A stretch of 64,000 nt of DNA, from assembly GCA_964016885.1 (NCBI GenBank), contig OZ024744.1:52638001-52702000 (forward strand). The letters run 5' to 3'. Each line of letters opens with the position of its first letter. Within the stretch, counting starts at the first letter, position 1. The DNA is from Eledone cirrhosa (Eukaryota). Below the pieces are notes generated by a model that was not told the origin of the DNA, made no database searches, and was given only the letters and a program-made list of their open reading frames with translations. The position numbers and the translations under genes are program-made. This document shows, piece after piece, positions 52,929 through 64,000 of this stretch.

Positions 52929-54879
52929 AGATGATGCCTGACATACCCTGACATATTAGATGGTTAAGATTCAGTCATGGTAGTGAATATGATATGACAA
53001 GACTCAATCTTTATATACGTTAAGATTGAGACATGAAAAAACTTATATGTAATACAGAGGGTGCGTGTGAGAAAGCTTTAAAATACATAATATCAATTTA
53101 CATAACTGTTAGAGATTCAAATAAATTAAGAAAGAAAGAAGAAAGACAGAGAGAAACAGATGCGGAAAAAATATAGTTACTAGAAGTATAGAAAGCAAAA
53201 GAGAATTGATCAAGGATAGAGAGACAAATGGGGAATAATTTTTATAGTATAAAGCATAGATAAATATACATTTGAGCATAGCTTTGTGAAAGAGTAAACT
53301 CGAATCTTTGAATTATCTAGAAGTATCCATCTATCTAAATATTAAATATACCTGGGTGTAAGTATATGAGGGTTTAATTTCGAGTCCTCAATTAATAAGA
53401 AATATACTAACAATTATTTATACACCATATATATCCAAACTTATCCGGCTGACCGTTAAATTTCAAACTCCTTATGTTAGTTCAGAATAATGGATTTCAC
53501 TAAAGGTATAATATTTCAGGCTATAAAAGTTTATAAATGTCTATATTAATATTAAAGTATACTAACATATTTAATTTATAAAATCATATTTAAAGTATTT
53601 TCAAACATGAGAAAGAAACTTAGTAATTTATTCCACACGAAGGTAAACCATATTTAATTATATTATATATTATTTTCCTATTCTAAAATAATTCTCACTA
53701 TATAATTTATAAAATAATTACAGTTATAACTTTAAAAAATTAAAATTAACAATTAGAATGCCCTAAAGCATCTAAAGGCCTTATAATTAAACTTAAAAAA
53801 GTTATTATTAAATTTGATATATGCCTTTGTCCAAATATATACAAAGAGTATATTGTCTAAAGTTCAAGACGATATTAGTCAGTTATACATAACACAATAT
53901 AATATAATAGAATAAATAAGTTACTCTTAATATTGTTACAATTAAGGTTTTATATCAATTATTGTATCTTAGGATCGTATAATACATATATACTATAAAA
54001 TTTCATGAATTATAAGGAAACGAACCAGATTCAAAATAAATAAGTAAATTGTTTGCGATCATATAATTGCCAAATATTTAAGCTATATAATTTAAAATAC
54101 AAGAACATTTTTAAGGATCTATATAGTAGCATAATATCATATTTAAAGTGTCTGCAAACATGAGAAAGAGAAAACTTAAGATTTTCATCGACCCGAAGGT
54201 AACCCGAATTTAATTAAATTAAAAAATAATAATTGTTATATAATTTAGAAAATATTTAACAATTATAACACTAGAATGTCCTTAAGTATCCAGAGTACTT
54301 ATAAATGTAGCTAGAAGTCTGTTATTAAACCAGATATTCACATTTGTCCAAACACATACAGAGTATTCTGTTCGGAACTCAAGACGATATTAGTGATCCA
54401 TATATATATAAATAAATAATAAATAAATAATAAAAACATTGTTAGTAAAGTTATAATTGAAGTTTAACATCAAGTTAAGTGGAAAAAGTTTGTCGACTAG
54501 GATCGTGTACGACGCATATACCATACATATATATAAACAAATATAAATATATAAATCAAACATCTTGAATCTTAAAACTAACATACTTCAATAGAATAAA
54601 TACATAAATACATAAAAGCATGAATTGTTTACGGTTCATTACAACTGTCAACCATATAAGCTATATATTTAAAAAAATACAAGAATCCCAAACAAATTAA
54701 ATGTATCTACACAATAAAAAAATATGCATATTCATCAAGAGATCGTGTTAACAATCTATATGTTAATATATTTATGTAGAACCCTTAATCTAACAATTAT
54801 CATATCATAAATGAGTAAAAAAATTAATATAACATTTTACGCACTCAGTTGATACGAGACGTCAAAAATTAGAACGTAT

Positions 54880-55380
54880 TTATTTAGTGTTTGTTCCTGA
54901 CTTTTTGCGAGGCTTGGAATATAGAGGAAGCTTTATGAAGGCAATTTGAGAATAATTCACTTTTTTGTTAATTAAATTATCATAATTAGTAATTATTAAT
55001 AGGGTCTCCATGGTACAGAGATTGCAGTTAGGTGATATTGACGAATTCGAGTATAGTCGACTATTACACAGATTCGACCAAGAAATCAAGTACTTTAAAT
55101 TTTTGTCTTTTAACGACCATATAAATTGTGATAAAGAAGTCGAAGATTTCCTATTAGGATTCGAAAAAGAGTATTTATGATTCGCAAATCTTAATTTAAA
55201 TGTCGATGAAGTTGCACCAATGTAGTTGTATGTGATCTTATTTGCTTTTACGGTGCATTTATAGACCAGATTGCTATCCAGACAATTATTTTGCAGAGGG
55301 CAATTTGATCTATTTCTACAATTACATTTCGATTTCTTGTTATTATTATAAATTGGACAATTGACATTAATATTGTTAGT
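54880..55380 (-). pseudogene. GIY-YIG endonuclease domain of PLE (no start codon, truncated)
   Basis: Manual translation: CNCRNRSNCPLQNNCLDSNLVYKCTV...YIGATSSTFKLRFANHKYSF...STSLSQFIWSLK...CNLCTMETLLI. Confidence 0.85.
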
Positions 55381-55449
55381 ACTTTGAAGTGTTCTATTGA
55401 TTGTGCTTAGTACTTTGAAGTGTTCTATTGATTGTGCTTAGATCAATGT

Positions 55450-55516
55450 TATTTTATCTGATGAGGACGTACTGTTGAAGATAGTTCAGTACCTCTGAAA
55501 TATGTATAATAAAATA
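55450..55516 (+). ncRNA. Minimal hammerhead in inverted pLTR
   Basis: TATTTTAT-CTGATGA-GGACGTACTG..CAGTACCTCT-GAAA-TATGTA-TA-ATAAAATA. Confidence 0.65.
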
Positions 55517-55801
55517 TACTTGATCACACGAATGTCTATTTTTGTTAATATTTTGAATTAATATTAATAACTTCGGAAAACCATAACTGTTGAGTGCTTC
55601 CAATCAATTGTAAAACTCATTCTTTGATTTATTTATTGAACCTTGTTTAACCTTTAAATATATATATATAGAGACACAAATAGATAGCGAATTTAAAAAT
55701 TAGGTAGTAACCTGTGCTTACGCCGTATTTCACTATATAGAATTAATCTGTTAGTTGGGATTTTTTTAAAAACCCTATGAATGGAGAATTAGGATGAGTA
55801 T

Positions 55802-55872
55802 CGACGTACATGGGACACGAACCCATATCTTTGGTTTGCAGGACCAATGTGTTATCATTACACCAACACGCC
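55802..55872 (-). tRNA. tRNA-like cloverleaf (anticodon TGC, Ala-like), probably the head of a SINE
   Basis: GGCGTGT-TG-GTGT AATGATA ACAC-A-TTGGT CCTGCAA ACCAA-AGAT-ATGGG TTCGTGT CCCAT-GTACGTC. The D, anticodon and T stems pair, while the acceptor stem has three G-U pairs. Downstream sequence is a dispersed repeat. Confidence 0.55.
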
Positions 55873-56526
55873 ACCCATTTATATATATATACGTATACAT
55901 GACATATGATATATATGCATATATGTATATATATATGTGTGTGTGGTGTGTGTGTGTGCGTGTGTGTGATTATATATGTGTGTATGCGTGTGTGTGTGTA
56001 TATACATATGTGTGTGTGCGTGTGTGCAGTTTATGTTTTCCCTCCTTTCCTTTTCGACACTATTTAAGGCAAGCTATTTTAAAATTAATGTAAGATTTAC
56101 AGATAATTGAGAGTTGAAAAAATATATATAATTTTATTGTTTTATTATTTTTATTTTCAAAGACAAATAACGTGGTTTTGGAAGAATAGCCTCTCTTAAA
56201 TGTGTTATGTGCTATTGACATAGTAGTATATTTTAGTATTTCAGAACACCCAGTAGGCAGTGACTAGAAGCTTTACAATGCAACAAACAAAGATGTAAAA
56301 TGTAAAACGCTAAATCACCGGAAATGTTGCCAATGACGTTGAATTTAGAATGAAAATGCTGACACAAGGAATAGTTTTCGGCTGAACGATTTTGTGTCTG
56401 ATGATGCGATGATATTCTGCCAACTTATCTTCTGTGCCTTTGCAATTAACTTAAGATCATATTGTTGATCGACTGGAGAGAGTGAGAACGGGGGAGAGGA
56501 ATAAAGAGAGAAAGAGAAAGAGAGAC

Positions 56527-56608
<82 letters not shown>

Positions 56609-56883
56609 CTGAGTGCGTGAGTAACAGAGAGGCCGTGTGTTAGAGAGAGTGAGTGCGTGGGATATATGTAGAGAGAGATAGGGAGAAATAGATAGAAATA
56701 GAATGAAGAGCGGGGGTGAGAAAAAGAGATAGGCGGATGATGCAGTGTTTACTTTGCAATGACTGATTGCTAGTGGCGCCCATAAGGCTCAGATGAAAAA
56801 CTACCTCGTTTGATTATCGGCTGCTCTCACAGAATAGCTAAAGATAATTCTATGGAATTGCGATTGATGAATATATTTTGTAG

Positions 56884-57128
56884 TTGATCCCAGAGGCCTC
56901 ATAGACTTACAGACTGAAGTCAAAAGATGGAGTTTGCATTATCAGTATTTACTCGTATCTGTCGGAAAAGTAATGCCGTACTATTCAATAACAATCTTTG
57001 CCAACCTTGGAACTTCACTAGATGTTATACTGATAAACATATCGATCTCTGATCTTTTGCCTTACTGCTCTACTGATCTCCGCCAGGTGGAGCCTGTGTC
57101 ACGATCTTTGCTCTATAAGGCAACTTGA
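56884..57128 (+). CDS. Weak candidate host exon
   Basis: Acceptor TTTTGTAG is followed by about 80 open codons (DPRGLIDLQ..ITIFANLGTSLDVILINISISDLLPYCSTD..) in unique sequence. The resemblance to a CUB domain is faint. Confidence 0.2.
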
Positions 57129-57189
57129 TAAATGAATATTTGTCACTAATATAAATGTAACTATTCCTTGCCAAAACCATGCGATATCT

Positions 57190-57261
<72 letters not shown>

Positions 57262-58497
57262 CATATATAACCCTTTGTGTGTGTATATGTGCTCGTGTGC
57301 ATGTGTGCCCACATGCGTGTCCTCAAGTGTGTGTGTGTGTATATCCATGCATTGATGTATCGATAATAATGAAAATAGAAACGAATATACATTTTATATT
57401 TTAAACAACTGCAAAGCATAAAATGGGTGAAAACACGTGACAGAAATTAAAATAATAGTAGTGTGATTGGTTGTAAAACATTGATTCTTTTCAAAGTTCA
57501 GTAGAGTTTGTTCGGTAGCTACTTTAGCACATTCTATTGTAGATGAAGAGGTATGTAATATGGCATACCGTTGGTGCTAAATCTGTTACATTAACTTCCC
57601 CTTTTTTACCTGAAGAAATCAAATGTGATTTTATGATGATCAGCCACGCTTTTTACTTAACGCTTAATGCCCTGCATTGCATGAAACCACATTTACAAGA
57701 CATATTCGAAAAGTAAATTTTAAAAAATCAGTCTTTATTCTAATAATGTAAATTTTCATAACAATCTGTCCACATGTAAAAACATTGGAAAAATTTGAAT
57801 TATCAAATCATATGAAAGCAGATTAGATAGACCCCGCTCAAAATAATAATAATAAAGAAAAAAAAAAAAGAATAACAAGAAAATAACAAACCTAAAACTT
57901 CACCACATTTTACATTGAAGCTTTACTTTAATAGTGCTAAATATCACAACAATCTGTTCACTAATATCTATACTATAAACATTTGAAACCACATCTGCAA
58001 GACGTTCTTATAAGTACAAAAGAGCACTATGTCCGCATCACAATATCTTTACTCGAATACTGCAAATTTTCACTGCGATCTCTACACAACTATAGATACG
58101 AAAAAAAAAATGTGTATTAACAAACCATTGTTAAATTATTCTCTGCTAAATCATTATATGATGTTAAGAGTTAGAGTATAATGACCAGTAAGGATTCTTA
58201 CCATTTCTCAACATTGCAGCCTGTTTGAAACACAATACTCAAAATTTCTTTTCAGTAACGAAACAATTACATTCCTTTACTCTTTTCCTCTTCTACTGGT
58301 TTCAGTTATTAAATCGTAGCTATGCTGGGACAGTGTATTAAAGTGCTTTTAGCTGTTCGTAACGCCGCCAATCTTATTATTTATATGCCTGATACTCATG
58401 AATCGATCCTTATTTGTCAAACCACTATGTTACGGGACATAAATACAGACACATGCACAAACCTAAATACAAACATTGATGCACACACACATTATAC

Positions 58498-58539
<42 letters not shown>

Positions 58540-58885
58540 AATGCGACGGTGCATATCAAGCAGCATGTTTGTATGTACAGTGGGTTTTGTAGGAGTTCAG
58601 TGCAGTGTTGTTGCGTAACCGAGAAGGGAGGGAGAAAAAATGTAGACGCAAAAAGATGATGACGATTATGATGATGAGGAGGATAAGGAGGTAAATCACG
58701 ATGATGATGAGGAGGAGGATGAGATACAGCAGGCTTCTACATTTCTGTCTACGAAATTTTAGTCACAAGTCATTGCTTAAGCGTGACACGTCTACACAGT
58801 AGAATTGAAAACGAAACATCAGAACTTCTCACTAACCTAGGACTTAGCTGAGGCTAAACACTAGCAACACATAATTCCATATATA

Positions 58886-59010
58886 TCTAAGGCGGGTAAA
58901 ATTCCCGAGATCCATGGACGAGTTCTCTCCAGCGGTCTCTGTCCCTCATTATCGCTGCCATGTCCTGCATCTCCAACAGACCAGTGTCTGTCCTTAGGGC
59001 ATCAACATAC
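58886..59010 (-). mobile_element. RTE/RTE-X-like LINE extreme 3' fragment
   Basis: YVDALRTDTGL..MRDRDRWRELV stops just before a (TA)n tail. A tiny matching end lies at about 44890-44908. Confidence 0.6.
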
Positions 59011-59224
59011 GTTATATATATATACGTTATATATATATACGTTATATATATATATATACGTTATATATATATATATATATACGTTATATATATATACGTT
59101 ATATATATACGTTATATATATATACGTTATATATATATATATATACGTTATATATATATACGTTATATATATACGTTATATATATATACGTTATATATAT
59201 ATATATACGTTATATATATATACG

Positions 59225-59262
<38 letters not shown>

Positions 59263-59313
59263 GTTATATATACGTTATATATATACGTTATATATATACG
59301 TTATATATATATA
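59007..59313. repeat. Compound microsatellite [CGT(TA)n]m
   Basis: Repeated ACGTTATATATAT.. units of variable TA length. Confidence 0.95.
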
Positions 59314-60085
59314 TGTGTGTGCAAAATTTGAGATATATAAAATTTGAATTGGTGGTCCACTACATTAATGTATGCATGGGCGACTACTGGTCTTACACAA
59401 ACAACATTGTCCGGACTTGTGTGCCTCAGAAGGAAACATTCTAGGAGCAAATTCCAAGGTCATTCGTGAACAAAGGGGGTCTTTACCCTATATATATATA
59501 TAGATATGTGTGTGTCGGTATATACATATGAGTGTGTATTTTTGTGCACGTGTATGCGTGTGTTTAAGTGTGCGTATGTGCATATATATGTTAGTCTCTG
59601 TCTGCGTTTTCCCCACAGATTCCATCTATCAAATTCCACTCACAACTTATTGGTCATTCTACCACTAGGTTACAATTCATTTTTTCAATGGGCCCTGTTG
59701 CAGGTCTTCCCATTCAATTGAACTTATTAGACCAATAGTAATGTCTCTATCTCTTATTTTGACTTGTTTTTCCTTTTCATAAAATTATCGGGATTTGGGG
59801 CTTTTTAAGAGCTACGGTTCTTATTATATAACAAAAAATAACCGAGACAATATCCTGAAACAAAACCATTCCTCCTCCCAACATCGTGTATACGTAGCGG
59901 ATCTCTCAAACTTTTACAAAACACTGAGGTGTGTTTATACGCTGGCGTGCTATAAAATAGCTTATGAATTTGCAGAGCCGCTGTGGCTTGGGACAAAATG
60001 ACATTCAGTATTTACTTCTACTCTCTGTGCTTTGAGTTTAAATCTCCCTCTAAGTCCAAATTGACTTTGCATACTTCCAGGACTA

Positions 60086-61640
60086 CTACCAGTCTAACGC
60101 GGTGATTGTCGAAATTGTTACAGCATCGAAGAGGAGATACTTTGCAGTATTTATCCTGTCCTTCGAATTTAAATCACGTCCTGGCTTACTCGGGTGACAG
60201 ATATAACGGACGCAGTTTAACATCACCACCTGGTTCTTGAACGCCGTTAACGTAGCTAAAAGTGTTGAAAGCATTCTAATCAGGCCACTGGTTTGGGATT
60301 GCACTTTCCGCTCCCAGACACCTGTTTTGAAGGCCTTGATAGATGGATACAGGGACACAACATCCATACTGCCTATTATGCAGTTTGTTAGGTCCCCAGA
60401 TCGGTTACTCGCGCCGATTCTGCTGAGGAGGTCCTCCGTGCTGTCACATACATCTGGGGACATCTCAATGATGGGGCGTATGATCAGGGAGAGGAAGTAG
60501 GACAGTCTGTAGTTACTAGCAATGTTAGCTCCACAGACTGGCCGTTACTGATTGCGGATTTGGTACGGGTGATGAGAAATGTGTCCCGCATGTGCAACCC
60601 CGAAGAACTAGAGAGACACATACAACACTTCATCCACCGTATGCAGTTCTCTGGCTACAATCAGAGAGATAGAATCAGAGTGTATAGAGGAGCCAGAACC
60701 AAATGGGAAAAAATGGTAAATAATGACATAAATGGGACCTGTCCCTTGTATAGGAGCAAATTTTGGAATAGAATAGAAAGAACTAGGAACAAGGCCAATA
60801 GAATAAACTCATGGTATGATAGCAATAAATACCAGAGTGTAATGTTCATCAATACAACCCCTAGAGGCGAACTAGCCTACAAATTTAGAAGGGCCCTAAA
60901 TAAACATAAACTCAATATTAAGATAGTAGAAAGACCAGGTACCTCCGTAAAAACACTTATTAGCAAGACATACCCGTTCCAAAGACCCTCATGTATAGAT
61001 AAGAAATGTATAACCTGTAAAATAAGCCCCCATATTAACTGTAAAACTAGAAATGTAGTGTATAGCATAAGATGTACTGAAGGACAATGTAGAAACAAAA
61101 ATATAGTGTACATAGGTGAGACAGCTCGTAGTATAGGGGAACGAATAAATGAACACTGGCGAGACCTTCAAGATAATAAAGAATCATCTGTGCTCTACCA
61201 ACATGCTAAGATAGAACACAGGGGTAGATTAGAGAACATAGAAATAAAAATAGAATCCACACACAGAAAAGATGCAATGTTTAGGCAAATTACAGAGGCA
61301 GTAAGCATAAAAGAATTACAACCAAAATTAAATAGAAAATATGAGTGGAACAGCAACATCACAACTTACAATTAAGGACAAAATGAAAACACACACACAC
61401 ATAGAACAAACAACCAACCAACAATAAATAAATAAATAAATAAACAAATAGATAAATGAACACAAACACACACAGACACCCGGATGTGGCGCATGCGCAA
61501 ACTGAGCACACAACACACACACAGAAACAAAATGGCGTAGGATAGAAGAAAGGAAAGGCACAGAAACAAAGAAAGGAATCCCCAGTCACTGAAGAGGTCA
61601 CAGAGTGTGTGACGAAAGGACTATGACTATATATAAACAA
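60086..61640 (+). mobile_element. Penelope-like element with inverted 5' RT segment
   Basis: Minus strand 60545-60330 reads RPVCGA...CIIGSMDVVSLYPSI (RT motif A). Plus-strand ORF 60560..61375 has RMQFSGY, CIDKKCITC, and NVVYSIRC..YIGETARSIGERINEH (GIY-YIG). The pLTR carries a hammerhead. Confidence 0.85.
61584..61628 (+). ncRNA. Minimal type I hammerhead of the upstream PLE
   Basis: AGTCA-CTGAAGA-GGTCAC AGAGTGT GTGAC-GAAA-GGAC-TA-TGACT. Confidence 0.75.
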
Positions 61641-61857
61641 CTATCTGGTTGTGGAACCAACCAACCAACCAGAAATTTATAAGTTTGTAGATTTGTAAAT
61701 TTATAAATTTATAAATATATAATAAATTGAAGTGAAAGCAACTGGTGCGTGTGTTTCTTATTGGCAACATGACCCTCCCAAAGTATAACAATATATATTT
61801 ATACTTATATATATATATATTATGTGTGTGTGTGTGTACATTTGTATATATAAACAC

Positions 61858-63425
61858 ATCACCGTATCACAACCGCAAACGCATACGAGGGCGCCCGCCG
61901 CAACAAAACCTCAATGGGCATGAATCACAACCCACTTATAGCAGTGCACAAAACAGCAATGTTAAAACTGCACGGAATAACACCTCAAACTGCAATTGTC
62001 ACCTACGAGATAGGTGCATTGATTCGAGCCTAGTGTACATGTGTACGGTGAACTCGGGCAACTCCACTTGGCATTACACTGGATCCACCGCGGGTACGTT
62101 TAAAAAAAGATGGTATGTGCACAGACATTCGATGAAGAACCGTGCACTAATAGGTTCTACAACCCTCGCCAAAAAAATCTGGGAACTTAAGGACAATAAC
62201 ATCGACTACAATATCAACTGGTCGAGGTTGTCGGCCACAAGGGCATATAGTACCGGTATGTCCTATTGTAGGCTCTGCGATCTTGAATTACTGTATATCC
62301 TTAGGAACGATAAAAGGCTACTCAACAACAAAATAGAAAGGTCAATTTTCTGCAAACAAGATCGCTACTAAATTCACAAGATTTAAGCCACCGTGATTCG
62401 AACCAACATAACTTAGCCTTCAACATATGAAATCCGCACTCTTACACAGACCACCACAGAACTATAATATTTTTTAAACAGCTTCTAGCCTCCTTAATTC
62501 TATACCACAGTAATGTCTGCAAATATCTTATCAACCCATAAATATATCTCTTCCCGGCTGCGGTCAACACCACCTCATCACATTAGCACTCATAATTTTC
62601 AACAGATGAACTTAATTCTAAGTACATTATTTTACTACTACCACAGTCCTTGAAATATCACCTTCCTCCTGTTGTTATAATGAACACCCCAATGTATCTG
62701 TAATAGTATCCATCATGTTCTCTATATATATCTTGCTTACTTAACCTCTGTATTGTCTTATTGCCTATATTGTTGTTATTGTTATCTTATTCATGCATGA
62801 TTTGTTATTGAAGCTGTGAAAGCTAAACAACCCCCATGATTCGAACTAACAATCCCTACATGTAATATAGACCACTTAAATAATGAATCCACTTTACACC
62901 GCATAAAAATTACCATCCTCACTACGATGAAAATATTTTATCTGTCAGATAATAAATAAATCTTACGGTCAGCAAACCTACAGTAAAGTAAATGGCCCAT
63001 TGTTTCAAGCCCCAGGTTATATCTACACTATATATATTGTACCCCACGACAGTCTTCACATGTCAATTTCATACATCTGTTTCGTATCAGTTCGTTTTAC
63101 ATGCTAAAGTCATCAGTGTACTCTATTTCTTACTTAGATTGATGTGATTATTTTAACTATTTACTATCTAGCTAATTTATTTGAGTATTGTTATTATTGT
63201 CCTGATTTAATGCCACTACTATATATAGAAGCCATGCCTGTGTATATCCTTCATTCTCGCATGCTCTGATGAATAGACTGGTTATAACAAAGTATTGGTG
63301 ATCGATTGACGCAAAAACAGGCGGGTAGCGATCTCTAGACCTACCAGTTCAGAGAAACAATTGTCAGCAACGTGAATAAAGCCCTTATTGTATAGCAAAC
63401 CATATCACTCTTCTTTCTTGATTTA
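61858..63425 (+). mobile_element. 5'-truncated Naiad-like PLE (GIY-YIG variant + long 3' UTR + pLTR)
   Basis: CNC..RCIDSSLVYMCTV..YTGSTAGTFKKRW..H..STTLAKKIWELK..Y..CRLCDLE, stop at 62371. Hammerhead at 63262-63369. Confidence 0.8.
63262..63369 (+). ncRNA. Hammerhead with an enlarged stem-loop II
   Basis: TGCT-CTGATGA-[~80 nt, GACTGGT/ACCAGTT pairing]-GAAAC-AATT-GTC-AGCA. Confidence 0.55.
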
Positions 63426-63737
63426 TTATTACTCCAAGTGTAAACTACATAGAAATTACTGCGTACTCGTAGCATCACTATGGAAACGTCTTGTTGAGTC
63501 AAACTTAGCCAAGCGTTAGTACTATCCACTACTCGGAGTACCCTAACTGGACTACATATAAGTGGACTACCTGTAACAATAACTTGTTATCCTGTATATA
63601 TATAATATATATTTTGAATTGAGTTTGAATTATTTTTCCCACATCTTACGTTAACTATTTTCCCATTTTGACGCTATAGTCACTTATATACTATGGAATA
63701 CTGTTGGCTTCTTGCTACAATACTTTCTATACCTTTC

Positions 63738-63767
<30 letters not shown>

Positions 63768-63768
<1 letters not shown>

Positions 63769-64000
63769 ACCTTAAAATTACTATAGATACGAACCTTACT
63801 AATGCTAACTTTCTTGATATTAATCTTGATCTACTTACTGCCTCTTTTAAACCCTATCATAAACCTAATGAAAATCTTAGGTATATACACAAAGAGTCTT
63901 GCCATCCCCCTATAGTTTTTAATAATCTTATTCCTAACATTAGCCGTAGGATTTCTACCTTATCTTCGTCTATAGACATTTTTAATAAAGCCGCCCCTTA
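63768..64000 (+). mobile_element. PLE (Naiad-like) RT thumb region, 5'-truncated, continues beyond the window
   Basis: NLKITIDTNLTNANFLDINLDL..FKPYHKPNENLRYIHKESCHPPIVFNNLIPNISRRISTLSSS begins directly after (TA)n. Confidence 0.85.

Larger units (their letters stand above)
52815..55657 (-). mobile_element. 5'-truncated Penelope-like element (Naiad-like GIY-YIG) with long 3' UTR and inverted terminal pLTRs
   Basis: Minus-strand GIY-YIG ORF, about 2 kb of UTR, and pLTR 52815-52929 (-) inverted at 55449-55563 (+). Each pLTR carries a hammerhead. Confidence 0.8.

Overview
Eukaryotic, AT-rich, microsatellite-dense and almost entirely transposon-derived window. The SINE types, Tx1/RTE/Penelope families and (TA)n/(CA)n/(TATG)n load suggest an animal, most likely an octopus or other cephalopod; this is inference, as no database search was run. 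1-13.6 kb: three Tx1/L1-like LINEs head-to-tail on the minus strand, with two tandem R4/Dong-type RLE retrotransposons nested in an (AAT)n tract between two of them. 16-21 kb: RTE, RLE and CRE remnants. 29.3-36.7 kb: a series of fold-back structures in (TA)n, ending in the main find, a near-perfect array of about 19 copies of a 310-bp monomer. Each monomer carries a minimal type I hammerhead ribozyme and many hairpins, resembling a retrozyme or circRNA monomer. Thirteen copies face left and six face right, joined through the monomer's own TTCG hairpin, and the array is flanked by a possible 14-bp target-site duplication. 37-64 kb: several Penelope-like elements (RT/GIY-YIG) with hammerhead-bearing pLTRs, a Helitron cluster with a PIF1 fragment, and tRNA-derived SINEs. 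No host gene is established; only weak candidate exons were seen.
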